Origin: Orbicella franksi
Lineage: Eukaryota
Length of the DNA: 64,000 nt
Direction: 5' to 3'
NCBI GenBank assembly: GCA_964199315.1
Contig: OZ116698.1
Location: 5,580,001-5,644,000, forward strand
Numbering within the stretch: the first letter of the stretch is position 1; each line of letters begins with the position of its first letter. This document shows, one piece after another, positions 27,201 to 40,100 of the stretch. Below the pieces are notes generated by a model. It did not search any database. It was not told the DNA's origin and saw nothing but the letters and a program-made list of their open reading frames with translations. The position numbers were made by a program, and so were the translations under genes.

Positions 27201-30200
27201 GTAATCATTATCATTGGTCATCAAGTATTATAGATTGAAGATAAAATTTTTATTGACAAAGAAGACAATACATATTGTATAAGGTTGCATTTTTGTTATT
27301 AAACTTCGTTTGAATTGCCTCCAAAAAGTGGTATTGAAGATAATGGAAAGTTTTATCCTAGGGTTCCAACATGTGGAGTCTACAGTGACAGCTCTTGTGG
27401 ACATCATACATGCCTTTGCAATAGCAGATCCCTCCAAAGTTGGACTAGCCGTCAAGCAGTATGTGAAAATGCTTCTCTGTGAGGTATGTGGGTTCATTTA
27501 ATGTGACTTATTGATTTTCTAGAAGTGCAATGAAGAGCGTGGAATGGTTGTTGCTCATTACTCCAGATTCACTGGCTGGTTCCCATAGTCAATGAAATCG
27601 CTACTTGTTTATGAAAGTGGGATTTAACTATTCTGGATCACAAAATCGCTGCTTTTATGCTTTCTCAGGATCAGTCAGTGAGCTTTGCATGTAAACAAGC
27701 CCTCATGCGCCTGATACACAAACACTGGCATGGAATGGGCAACTCCACTCCTCGGTGCAACACCCCCACAGGGGAAGGAGTTGGAGGAGATGACTTTGAT
27801 GGTGAAGATGATGATGGAGACCAGGACAGAGCCAATGAAACTCCCCCTGAAGAGTCAAATGGAACTGATGCAGAGGGAGCTCAGGCAGGGAGGCAGCAAG
27901 ATGCTGAAGTCAATGAGGTAACCCATCTACATTGTATCTATGCCTATTTTTTTTACTATATAGTATTAGAAATGGGCCACATCATCCAAACTAATCTTTC
28001 TTCATGTTACGTTAGGTTGCTCCAGAGGTGCCTGCTCAAGAACCGAGCCAGCCATCAGTAGGAGTACCCTCTATAGCAAGTGCTGCCAGTCATCTTGAGG
28101 CTCTGCTACTTGGTGCTGGTGGTCTGCCAGGTATGCTAGATCTTCCTCCTGATGCAGACGATGAAGCCATGGTGGAGCTTGCCATTGCTCTAAGTCTTCA
28201 GGAACAAGCTGGTGCACAAGGTCTTAGCCTTCAGGGCTTGCCATTACCTGGCGCTCAGGCACTTGGACTGCCTGTCGAGGCTGGGGTGTCCTCAGATACA
28301 GCTTCAGGTATGATGAAGGAAGTAGGTTGACTAAAACTTGGATGCAATGCAGGCTTGAAAACTAGAAACTGCATATCACATGCACATGTACATGAACCTA
28401 AAATTAGATCTAGGGCTGTATTATATTGACGTTGACATTGAATTGTTTCTGTTTCAAGGACCTGCATCAAATTGACATGCTACATGTTTTCTGTCATACG
28501 ACATTTCCAAATTACCTTTTTTTGAATAGCGCAAATTTCAAACCAAATTAGCTATCACGGTAGTTACAATAGTGGACATAAATTCCATAAATTTGTGGTT
28601 AAAAAGATAATTTTCGAAGGTGTCTTGTCCTTTTCAGAGTCAAGAATAAGCAATGTGCAATTCTTCCTTAGGTCAAGGGAGTGAGGATGAGTATGAAGTA
28701 CCTCCCGGTAGTGCTCAGGGCTCCTCTGCAGGTCACAGTGCCCCCAGGTCTCCTCTGCCACCTGATACTGGGCATGGGGGAGCTGAGTTTGAAAGTGGAA
28801 GTAGTGTAGACTCTGTTGCTGCTGAGACTGGGACCAGCATGGAAACTGTTGTTATGGATAGCAAGCAGGCAGGTTAGAATGATAACAGAAAAACTTAATA
28901 AAATCTTGCTTAATAAAATCTTTTTCCTTAAATCCTTGATTCATGCCAATTGGTTAATCATCAACTACGTTCAGCTGCTAAAACAATGAGGAGTTTTTAT
29001 GGCTTAATATATACTTAGTTATATTCCAGATCTAGCGATGCCTGGTCACTTTTAATGGCCACCCATAGGGTGTTTCTCTATACCCAGGTAAATAAAATGT
29101 GTGAATGATCAGTGAGACAAAATGCAGGGTTGGGGGATGTAGTGGACTGAAGTATACTGGCCTGGAGAAGAAGCTATACTCCGCTCTATGTCATGGAAAC
29201 CAACCTTCCTGGGAAATTACATTATGTGTATCATTGTATTAGGCATGACAGACAGATGAACATTTTGTGCACATTGAATGGTTGAGTTGGTTGTTGGTTG
29301 AATGACTGCTGTTGTTTGTAGCTACTTTAGAGAGCCAGCCTGGTAGTAGGAGTAATGGAGATGAAGAGCAGGGAAGAGCCCATCCTGCAGGAGACAAAGA
29401 ATCGCTGATGGATCAAGAAAAGTTGCATTCCTTAAAGTTGCTTCTTCTGGATGAGCTGCTGCTTCATCTTCCAAAGTTAAAAGAAGTTGGTGGTGTACAG
29501 GCTATACCTTTCATGCAGGTTTGCCACTCTTTTTTGATACCTAAGATTGATTTCTTCGATCTATAAATTAAGTGAGTGGTGTTGCTGCAGCAGTGGAACA
29601 ATGTGGTTGATTTGTTTTATGCAATACCGCTGACAATAAGTCTTGTACATGATTGCATCATATGCTCAAAATTTTACCACTTAGCCTTGTTTGCATGAAA
29701 TGTTCTCAAACGTCTGGCACCTCTACTCGTGGGTATTCAAATCATCTTTGTGTGCATGCTACAATTTACCATTTGCATTTTCAAAGCGATGCTTGGTGAA
29801 ATTTGCCAGTCTGATGTCAACATGCATAAGGCCTCTTTACAAGCAAATTGGATGAAACGTTCAGTGCAAAATCACACAAGTGTGTTCTTATCATGATCTA
29901 TCAGCAAACTTCCATTAGTGATCAACATGTATATGATATATGGCTATATTTCAGGTCTTGCTGATGTTGAGTTCTGATCTGGAAGACAATGACAGAGACA
30001 GGGCAGCGTTAAGTAAAGTGTTGTCTACGTGCTTAGAAGAGCTGAAACTGGATCAGATGGTAACTTTGTTTTCAACATGCTGGATGGAATATAATTCCAA
30101 TTTAATAATGCACAATAGCAGAATGTAAACTCCTTGAATTTATGTATCAAAGTAGATAGGACACATGTGTAGCATCCGCCCGTCAGAAATTTTGATGACC

Positions 30201-31094
30201 ATTTTTTTGCCAATAACAGACTAACCTCAGTCGGTAATATATTAGGTCATTGTCTAGATCAAGTATGCAATCCGTATAGCACGTGAAGGGAACAGAATTG
30301 TTACAGAAAACATATGTCTTGCGCATGTTACTCTCACTGCCTTGGACTGACAAAGAATTATTTGTATTTCAGCAGGATGTGAAGCACATTTCATCACGCA
30401 CCAAACAACATGAAGTCTGGCTGATCATCATGAGGCTGTTGAGTGTACTGATGTCAAGAACCAAGACTAATTCCAAGAGTGGATCTGAGGTAAAGATTGA
30501 TTTTGAGAAATGTTACAGCAGCTGTGGTGAAATATTTGCGCATTGTTGTCCATTATGTATCGAGCTCTACCTCATAATGAGCTTTTGTATTATTCCTCAA
30601 GGCCTCTTCGCTGGTGTGTAGGCAGACAGCAGCCACGTTATGTGATGTGGGCATCACAAGTAATTGTCTAGAAATTCTCAAGACCCTGTTAGAGCACTGG
30701 AGAGAGGTTGCAAGCCATGAAGAAGTAAGCTCTGCATTCCTTTCCCTGTATATTCAAACCAGAAGCTGTACCATAATTCCATGTATGAATTTCTCCTTAC
30801 ACTGTTAAATTCGTTGTGCTTAACATTGTGTGTGAAAGTTGTTTGTCATCCACATATGCACATGTTGTTTTTTTTTACGTTTTCATTTATTGCAATCGTT
30901 GATTTTCGCCTGCTAGAAAATGTGAATGGTAAAATATGGGCAAGTTGTTCAGGTATTTCATTATGTTTTTTGCATGTTCAACAGTAAGTTGTGCTAAAAT
31001 TCTTAACGGGTAAATATTCTTTTTTGGTTTAAAAGAGATGTCTACAGGAAAAGTAACTGTAATAAATCAAGCCACCCATACAATAATGATTAGA

Positions 31095-31135
<41 letters not shown>

Positions 31136-34100
31136 GATTCCTATTGCGCATTTAGAATTCTCAATGCGCTTACAATTGCATATGATTAAAAAGAATGACA
31201 CCGATGTTGACTGTATACGTGTAGAATTGGCTGATTCGTGGAGGATAATGAAATTGCCTAAATGTGTGTAAATATTTACTAATTACCTGTATTTATCCAG
31301 GAGGAGCCGTCAGGGATTGGCGGTGCACTGCTCAAACCTCACCCCACCAGCCCTCCTCCAGATATGTCACCATTCTTTCTCAGACAGTATGTCAAGGTGT
31401 GTCGTGTTTCTTAAGAATTGTGGTTTGTGATAATTCTTTGAGGACTTTCTCCTAACTAGAATGTAAATATCAAATCCTTTGAGGTTTTGAAAAAAAATGT
31501 TTTTGCAAAAAATGATATAATCCAAAAACTAGGAGCCCATGATAAAAGCATGTAAGCGACTTGTATACTGATAAGTACAGTGTACCGTTAGTTGACATCG
31601 CTTTTGACCGACCTTTGATATGTTTTTTTAAAGAGGATTACTAATAGTATTCACAAAAGGGCAATGTAACAAATCCCATTGAAGCCTCTTTGTTTCTCAA
31701 GCTTTCTTGACTTGTCAATATGTTTAGTTCTGTGGGATGCACCATTCAGTGTCTACTGTCTGTGGGCTTTATATTCGTTATGAACCTAGTGTGTTGTTTT
31801 ACCAAATAATATCTATGATATCGCTTAACTGTGAATGTTGTTTTGCAAACAGGGCCATGCAGGAGATGTATTTGAAGCTTATCCACAACTGCTTACCGAA
31901 ATGGCTTTGAGGCTTCCTTATCAGGTGAATGTGATATTCATGCCCCCTTTCAAGTTCCTGTGGCCATAGATTCAATCTGAAGATGTTTGATCATACTGTG
32001 CGAACGAAATGCCGTCAACAAGCCCGCAACTAGTTTTCTTTCACTCAACAGCTCTTTCAAACGCTTATGTTATTGGCTAGCGCTATTAATTAGTATTCCT
32101 TTTGTTGTTTGCTTTATTTGACATACCCTAATAGTTTGTTTTAGCCACCAAACAAAAGTTCTTAGTTTAACAACTTGGAGCTTATTATTAGGTTAATTAC
32201 CATGCCACGGATTTACTTTAGAACATTTACCTGCATATCTAGTATTAGGCCCTTGCCCCAATACTGTCGGTCCGTGAAGTGGATCCTTTTTATCATGTAT
32301 CGGCTAGAGAGCCGAGAGGAGTAACTGCACATTTAGTGGATCTAGACACCAGTAGTTTTAAGATCTTTTAACCAACGGCTATATATCGTATTGTGATGTG
32401 AAAGTTTTGTTTGCAGGTGAAGAAAATTGCAGATTCTCTTCATCTTGACAATTCTCCACGGTTTGATGACGAGTGGTATCACTTCTTGTGTGAGGTTTGT
32501 AATACAAGTTTATTTCAAAGTTTTGATTTAGTCTCCTGTAAACTTGCTGTTTGTGATATTCTTAGTTTCATTATGGTTATGTAGCGGTCATGATCAAATG
32601 GTTTAAATTTGTCGTTTTAAAGCAGGGCATTGTTTTCCAATATGGTGTAGAAATTAACAATCGAGAAAAGCTCACTACTTTGAGTCTGACGAAAAGAATA
32701 CTAAGTTTAGTAGTAATCTCCTTGTGGTTACGAAGGGCTTATTTTATAGTCTAACATAACACTTTGACAACACAACATGTTTATAGTTTCAGTTTGATTG
32801 TAAGATTTTATATTTTTTTTACAGTATCTTTTGATCCAACAAACCCCATTTGTCCGACGACAAGTCAGGAAGGTACAGTAACCAATCTCTTTTGCTTCAG
32901 TGCAACAAGTTTCGTTTTACAGAAACGTTGTAATTTACAAGCACTATTAATAGTGAAGAGTCATTAGGGAGCTTTAGATTGGACTACGAGTGCGAGATTG
33001 AGTACGAACACGATTTTCGATTTTCAAACCAGTGACGTTTCCAGAGCTCTCGTTCTTCATGTTTTATGTAGGGGGCGTAGCTCATGCGATGAGATGGGTA
33101 TCTGATGTGATAATGTGACGCCTGCAAACTAGAATTGAAAAGTCGATCTCGCACTCGTACTCAAATCTAAAGTCCCCTATTATCTAATCAACAACGAGGC
33201 GCAGCCATGTTGACTACCGTTAATGGAAAATGAGGCCGAATTTATCTGCTTGTTTCAGTACGAGGCTGGTATTGTTTGACTATCCTTTTAGTAATGTTTG
33301 CTGTTGGAAAAAACGTTCAAGCTTGTGGTAGCATACATGTACACTGTAGTTGTTCTGGAAATTTCCTTTAAATGAGTGGTTTTATAATCAGAAAATTCTG
33401 TTCTGGTGTTAACTGCAGAACTAAAATTTCTTGAAAGGCAGGTTATTGAATGCGGAACAATCTACTTAACAAATTGACGTCAGTTTTTCATGCGTCTGTC
33501 CTGTTATTGATCATGAATTTCGTCATAACATTTTTAAAGTAACTGTGGATCCACGAGGCGATTTACGATAACAAATTGGCGAATTGTCCGCCCTCGCTCG
33601 CTGACGCATCGCATAAATTATAAATTCATGTGTCTGTCTGCTTATTGACAATAAAAATCATCCAAGGAGCGCGCGAGAATTTCTGCAGTTATCGTAAAAA
33701 ATCGTATTGAACTCCAAATTGAAATAAAAGTGTGTAGTATAGGCTAAAAAAAGAATGATATTGATTATCAATGCGATGATAAAGAGGAGACTGATAACTA
33801 AAACTTTCTCCTTATTATTTTTCTTGTACATTGTAGCTTTTACTGTTCCTATGTGGATCAAAGGAAAGCTATCGGAGTCGGAGGGACCTGCATGCCCTCA
33901 AATCACACATGAAGACTGTCAGGTACAGTTCGGATATTACCTTCTTGTTTGTCAAGTCGAATTTCAGAGTTTATACATGAGATGGCATTGAAAATAACTT
34001 TTAGCAGGTAAAATAATGCGGACGACTGAAGACATAATTTTGAAACATTTCCAAGCATTTCCTTGAAAACACTTGTTACGTGTAATCGTTTTTGTCGTCG

Positions 34101-37100
34101 TCCTTTCAAAAAAACATGGCATGGACTTTATGAAATTGTTTGGCATTGTGAGGGAGCGTTCCAAACTTCTGAAGTTTAGGAAAATGACTGAGGCTTCAGA
34201 AACTAGGATTGTAACCTAGAAGCATCAGCTTTTATGCACGATTCGTTAATTAGGATCATAAGGTAGCAAGACAAATACGAACTTTGACTTTTAATCCAGT
34301 TAAGTTCCCAAAGCCTTTACTTCCCCGTGTTGAATAGGAGACTGTCGTTAGAAGGTTGATGTGAAACACGACTATTGAAAACTTGAGCGGTAGATTGAAA
34401 AAGTCGTACTCAATCCCCCACTCGTCGTCCGATCTAATGTTCTCTAATGGACGGTATTTAATATCAACAGGGAACTTAGCAAGCAGGGTGGTTTTAGGTA
34501 CGAGGATGTGACCAATCCACCAGTCAATCTACCATATGACACTCTTATCACACTGGTAAGTGCTCTCTACATCGTTATGTAATGCAAATAACTTGCAAAT
34601 GCCTTACATTATTTCAAGCCTCTTTGGTAGCATTGGTTAATTTCCACACATTGAACAAAGCTATCAACGCTGTTGTTTGGGAAATCTATTATTGGTAGTA
34701 ATTGACCTTTTGGTGTCCATTTTCTATCTCACTTTTTGTCAGAAAGAGAATGAACACCAGAGAGGTTATTATTCTTGTACATCTACGTTGTATCAATGTG
34801 TTGGAGTCCCAATTAAGATATCACAGACCTTATACCTCTGTTTCTTTCAACTTAGCTATGTACGTGAGTTAACCGTTGAAAGTAGTCTTAAAGTGGTCAT
34901 CTGAAAACGTGGTTGTTTGTAAACCTTTCCTTTCATCAAAGCGATACCAAAAAGACTCAAATTTTAGAACGTAGCTATATGTTTTAGATCGGTACTTTGC
35001 AGTGTATATTACGGTGCCAAGCTTTTTCCGATGTATTACTGAAATAAATGAATACGCAACGGACCGTCCTTCATTTCAAATTTGCTTTGGCATTTCATTT
35101 ACCTTATCAGAGATATTTTAAGTTAATATGTACTCCAAATTTATCTACACTGTGTGGATTGGAAACAGTAAATGCCAGTGGTCAACATGTAATACGGAGT
35201 TACTGGTTTGTTATCTTTTATAGTGAGATGCTGGCTGATTAATCTTAATTCAGGGGTACTAATGCGCTTGTAAATTCAGAGTTTTCAGTAATCATAAAGG
35301 AGCTAAGCATCCTTGTTGCTGTTTTGTTTATTGATATCTCTTTAGTGTGTTTGTTTTCTACATCATGTAAACATATTTTTGCAAGGTTTCCTTCAATTTG
35401 AACATAACCTTGTGCATCTCCAATAATGGCTTGATACTTGTATATCGCTAGTAGATGGTTTACTGTTACCGCAGTTGAACTTTGTGTAAGAGTAACTGCT
35501 AGGGTTCCCAGTTGAGTTGGTACTTGCTTACAGAAGATTAACGATTTCCATGTCTCACAGATTGAACACCTTAAAGCTTGTTCTGAAGTGGCATCAAGTC
35601 GTATCAGCAACTGGCAGGAATTCTGCCTGCAAGAAACTGGTAACTACCGCCGGATTTCATTGATTTTAAATAATAGTTCTTTAGTTGGAGTCGAAGCGTA
35701 TTCCTGATACTTGCAGCATTAGCGCATATTTGAACACAAAGATTGTTTAATTTGTAATCTCGAAATCAATAATTGTTATAACATAGCAGTGAACTGGTAA
35801 ATTTTTGGTACAATTTCTTTCACATTTACCTCCATGAAATATTACTTTTTAAGAATCCTGTAGGACAATAAACAACAGTTGGTACATGATCTATATAATA
35901 TGGCACAATTGAGAGGAGAGTGATGGTATATATTTTGTTGCAGACACTCTGCCGTTCCTCTTGAGAAGCAGCTTCTTGTTTGAAGAGGGAGTGACGCCCT
36001 TGATGTTACAGTTGTTGGGTTATGCCATTTGTGAGCTCAAGTCACAGGCAGTAAGTTCTCCGCAAAAGAACAAGAAAGACAAGGACAAAGATAAATCAAA
36101 GAACAAAGACAAGGACACTGAAAAGGAGAAAGAAAAACACAAAGACAAAGAGAAGACTTCAGGTATAGTTTTGCTTTTCGAAGTATTCCCAAACACCCAG
36201 CACCACATGGAAGTACTGGTCAATAACTTTCAGTAGGGTTTCGTTTATAGCTGAAGTAGTTACACTGTAGCATCGCCTCAGCGGGTACTGTCCTACAGAT
36301 AGTTTCTTTAGTGAGTATGTTTTCGAGTTCTAAGCCTCATCACGGGGCCATGTGGTCTCAGATATTCTATGGTATCATGTATAACATTAGATTAGGTGAT
36401 TCAAATGTCTGTAACTAATTGTTCTTATTGTTACAGGGTCAGCAGACACTGGGAGGAGTGAAGGTAAAGTTAACACTCATATTGCATTATACATGTATCT
36501 TTCTACATGTACCTTACCCTGTGAATTCCCACGAACCAGATTATTACAATGCTCCCTGGACGATTTTGTTGATTTGTTGCTGAAAGAGTGCTGATTTGAT
36601 GCAAACTTTCAGTTTAAAGGTGTCAGAGAAATTTGAAACCCTTACCCTATCAGAAAACAGTCTTTTTTTTACATTTTTGTCCTTCTATTGTACTGATCAT
36701 CCTTGACACAACTTCAGATGCACGCTTAGCTCCGGTTGGCCACGTGGCTTATTTATGTAAATGTTCCATTAAATTAGTTAACCAATATTGGACAGAATAT
36801 TTTTTTGCATCAAAACACCTTTAGACAGTACTACGCATGAGTAGACAGGTCACGTGGTGGTGTCTCAGCCAATGAAAAGTGGGAGAAAATGCATCAAATA
36901 TAATTTAATTTATCTGGATTGTTATACGTTGTACATACAGCTGCTGCCCAAAGTCTGGTTCAGTTGCTGCATGAAGCTGTTGATGATGAGGTGATGAGTC
37001 AGTTTGTACAGACCTTCCTTTTGGAGTCTAATTCTACTGCTGTGCGATGGCAGGCTCATGAGCTGCTTTACAGCATGCATAAGTATGTCCACTTCACTCA

Positions 37101-40100
37101 TTGCACTTGTATTTTAAAATCTCCGGTCTGTGGTTATGTGGGGAAATCAGTAGTAGTAGTAGTAATCTTCAGTGAGGATACCAACATCCCAGTAGAGTGG
37201 TTCACAGAAGGGTCCTGAAAAAAATTACCTGGATAAAAGTAACAACAAAGTGAGAAATATAAAATATAAAAAGAATATGAACTAAAACATCTAAGAATAT
37301 CTATACATTATATTTTGTCTTCACCTCATTGTCCTGAGGTGAAGAGTGAAAATTCACACCTTGATAGTTGTCTGTTTTGTCATGTTTTATAGACGTATTG
37401 TATAAGTTCTGTTGTACCACACATAGTGGAAAAGTACTGGTTCATACCTAAAAAGTTGTTTTGCTTGTGTCTGTAGGTATTCAACCAGCAGCCAGCAAGT
37501 GAAGCTATCAAGGATGATGTGGAAAATCTGGCCTTATCTACCAGACTATGGTCGACGAGCTGCACAGTTTGTTGATCTTCTGGGTTACTTTGCGATCAAG
37601 TGTGAATCAAATACTGAAGAGGTACATTTTATTTGCACTGTTTTTTGCAAAATAACATGTTGATCTACTTCGTTGAGTACAATGGACCCTCTACACTTAA
37701 CGTGTATGTTTGAAAAATTGAAAATCTGTAACAACTGACTATTTCACCTGGGACAGAGTCACTTCATATGGATAAAATATAAGATGGAGTAAATACACAT
37801 TCGAGGCAGAGGCAATCTGACAGGCTTGCCTAAGAAGAAAACGCCCCGACCTGATTGAAATCCCATCATTCTTCCATTATTAGTACCATTACACTTGAAG
37901 AAGTGTTGAAATTCAACAAAATTAGTAATTGGTTAGCTCCTACTCTCAGCAATACAAACTTATGTATACTATTTCTCTTACTTTAAATACACGGAATATA
38001 TTTATGAAATGCAAGAGAAGAAACTTTGTGGTACGATAATGACTTATTAATTGACCAGATAAACAGTAATCAACAAGATACAGCCCAGCAGTAATAGTAG
38101 TACTTATAGGTGGATTTTATTTTCTACAGTTGCAGGATTATTGTGTGAAAGCAGTTCAAGTACTGATGATTCAGAATAATGTTCTCTCTAATCATCCGAA
38201 TTCTAACGTGTACAGGTCAGGACATGTCTTTTGGTGCATGTTAATTAGATTCATGTAAAATCTTAATCCCTCCGCAGCTCTTAACTGGTGTGCTTTCCAC
38301 CAGTTGGGTTTTTTAAGCCCGTTATGTTTAGTCGATATATTAATTTTGTTTCTTTCAGTTTAAGTGGCATGCCTGTAAACTGGTTAGGTGTAGGTTAGCG
38401 GATTGTCCATTTTAAACAACAACATTTTTGAACTTCTTTTTTTTTGAGGGGGGGTGGCGGGGGGCTGGTGGTTCATAATATCTCTTATTCTTTCTTTGGA
38501 GAAACGAAAGTCATATGTACAGGCATAAACAGGCTGCACTGTATGTAGTGGCGTGTAAATTGACTGATCACAGCTAAGGCCTTTTTTGTCTCTTGCTTTA
38601 GGATGTTGTCAGGGTTTGTTGAATTTGATGGATATTACCTGGAGAGTGATCCCTGCCTCGTTTGCAACAATCCAGAAGTTCCATTCCAGGTGAGTGGCAA
38701 ATCGTTAACAATTCTTAATTACCGGTTTGTTGAACAATCTTTTCAGTGTGTGATTCCTGAAATAAATTACAGCTCAACAATGTTTTCTCTGCTCAGATCA
38801 TCATAATATGGTACTTCAAGTAGTTCTTTGTGTTGCACTAGTAGCAGAGGTCATCTGGATTTGAATCATGTAATTTGTATTTTGCAGAACCTGAAGCTAT
38901 CTGCCATCAAAGGAGACTCTCGCTTCACCACAACATGTCAACTTGTAAAGCTGATAGGGAGTCACACAATTTCAAGAGTTACCCTCAGGATTGCAGATCT
39001 TAAAAGGCAGAAAATGGTAGTATGCTGCTAACTGCTTTCCAAAGAATGATTAGCATCTAGGGAATAGTGTCTAAGAACTGCTATAGTTTATTTACTACTG
39101 GATTATACGACAGAGGTACTAAGGCAATTTTGTTAGCAAACCACACACTAACCATTTATGTGTTAGATTACAATGTATATACAGATTGTGACAGAGTGAC
39201 GATAATAAGACTATAATTATTGGTTTTTGTCAGGTTCGAACCATTAACTTGTACTACAACAATCGCACCGTGCAAGCAGTCGTAGAGTTGAAGAACAAGT
39301 AAGTGTTGATTACTGTCCTATTGCTGAGTATAGGTAAGGTAAAGTCTGCATGCGAGCCAAGTGGCCCATCAGGCCGGAGCTTATCCCGGTTTCTGTAGCA
39401 TGAAGCGACTAGGAGTATTTCTACTCCCCCCTGGATGGGATGCTAGTCCATCACAGGGTTACCCCCAGCATTAAGTTCGCCAGTACCCATTTATACACCT
39501 GGGTGGAGAGAGGCACTGTGAGAGTAAAGTGTCTTGCCCAAGAACACAAAACAATGTCCCCGGCCAGGGCTTGAACCCGGACCACTCGATCCGGAGACGA
39601 GCGCACTAACCATGAGGCCACCGCGCCTCCCTTGAGTATAGGACCCTTTGTAAATTTGTTTATATTAGGAAGTCATCTATTTAAACCCCCAGAAATTGGG
39701 ACGAGGTGTATTCTTTTATTAGCTTTTGTTAGAGCTCAGTGTATTTACTGTACAGCATGTGACGCATGGTTCTTTTGCAGGAGATCCTTGTGGCACAAAG
39801 CAAAGAAATGCCACCTCACCCCTGGGCAAACAGAACTCAAGGTTTGTTTCACTCAGATTTTTATTCCCAGTTCTTTAATGCAAGGCATCTCTTCTGATGT
39901 TTGTTTGTTTGTTTGTTTGTGACTTTTTCGATCATTTGCAGGTTGATTTTCCACTGCCGATAGTAGCCTGTAACTTGATGATTGAGTATGCTGATTTCTA
40001 CGAGAACTTTCAGGTACATGCTTGAGTATCTTTTTCAGTAAAATGCTTTTCTTTTGCCACTTCACGTTTTCATAACAATAATTTTCTGACGGAGGGAACT

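Noticed and set aside
35245-35610. 121-aa minus-strand ORF as a nested gene
   Set aside because: It overlaps the antisense of UBR4 exon 35561-35639, starts without ATG and has no recognisable domain.
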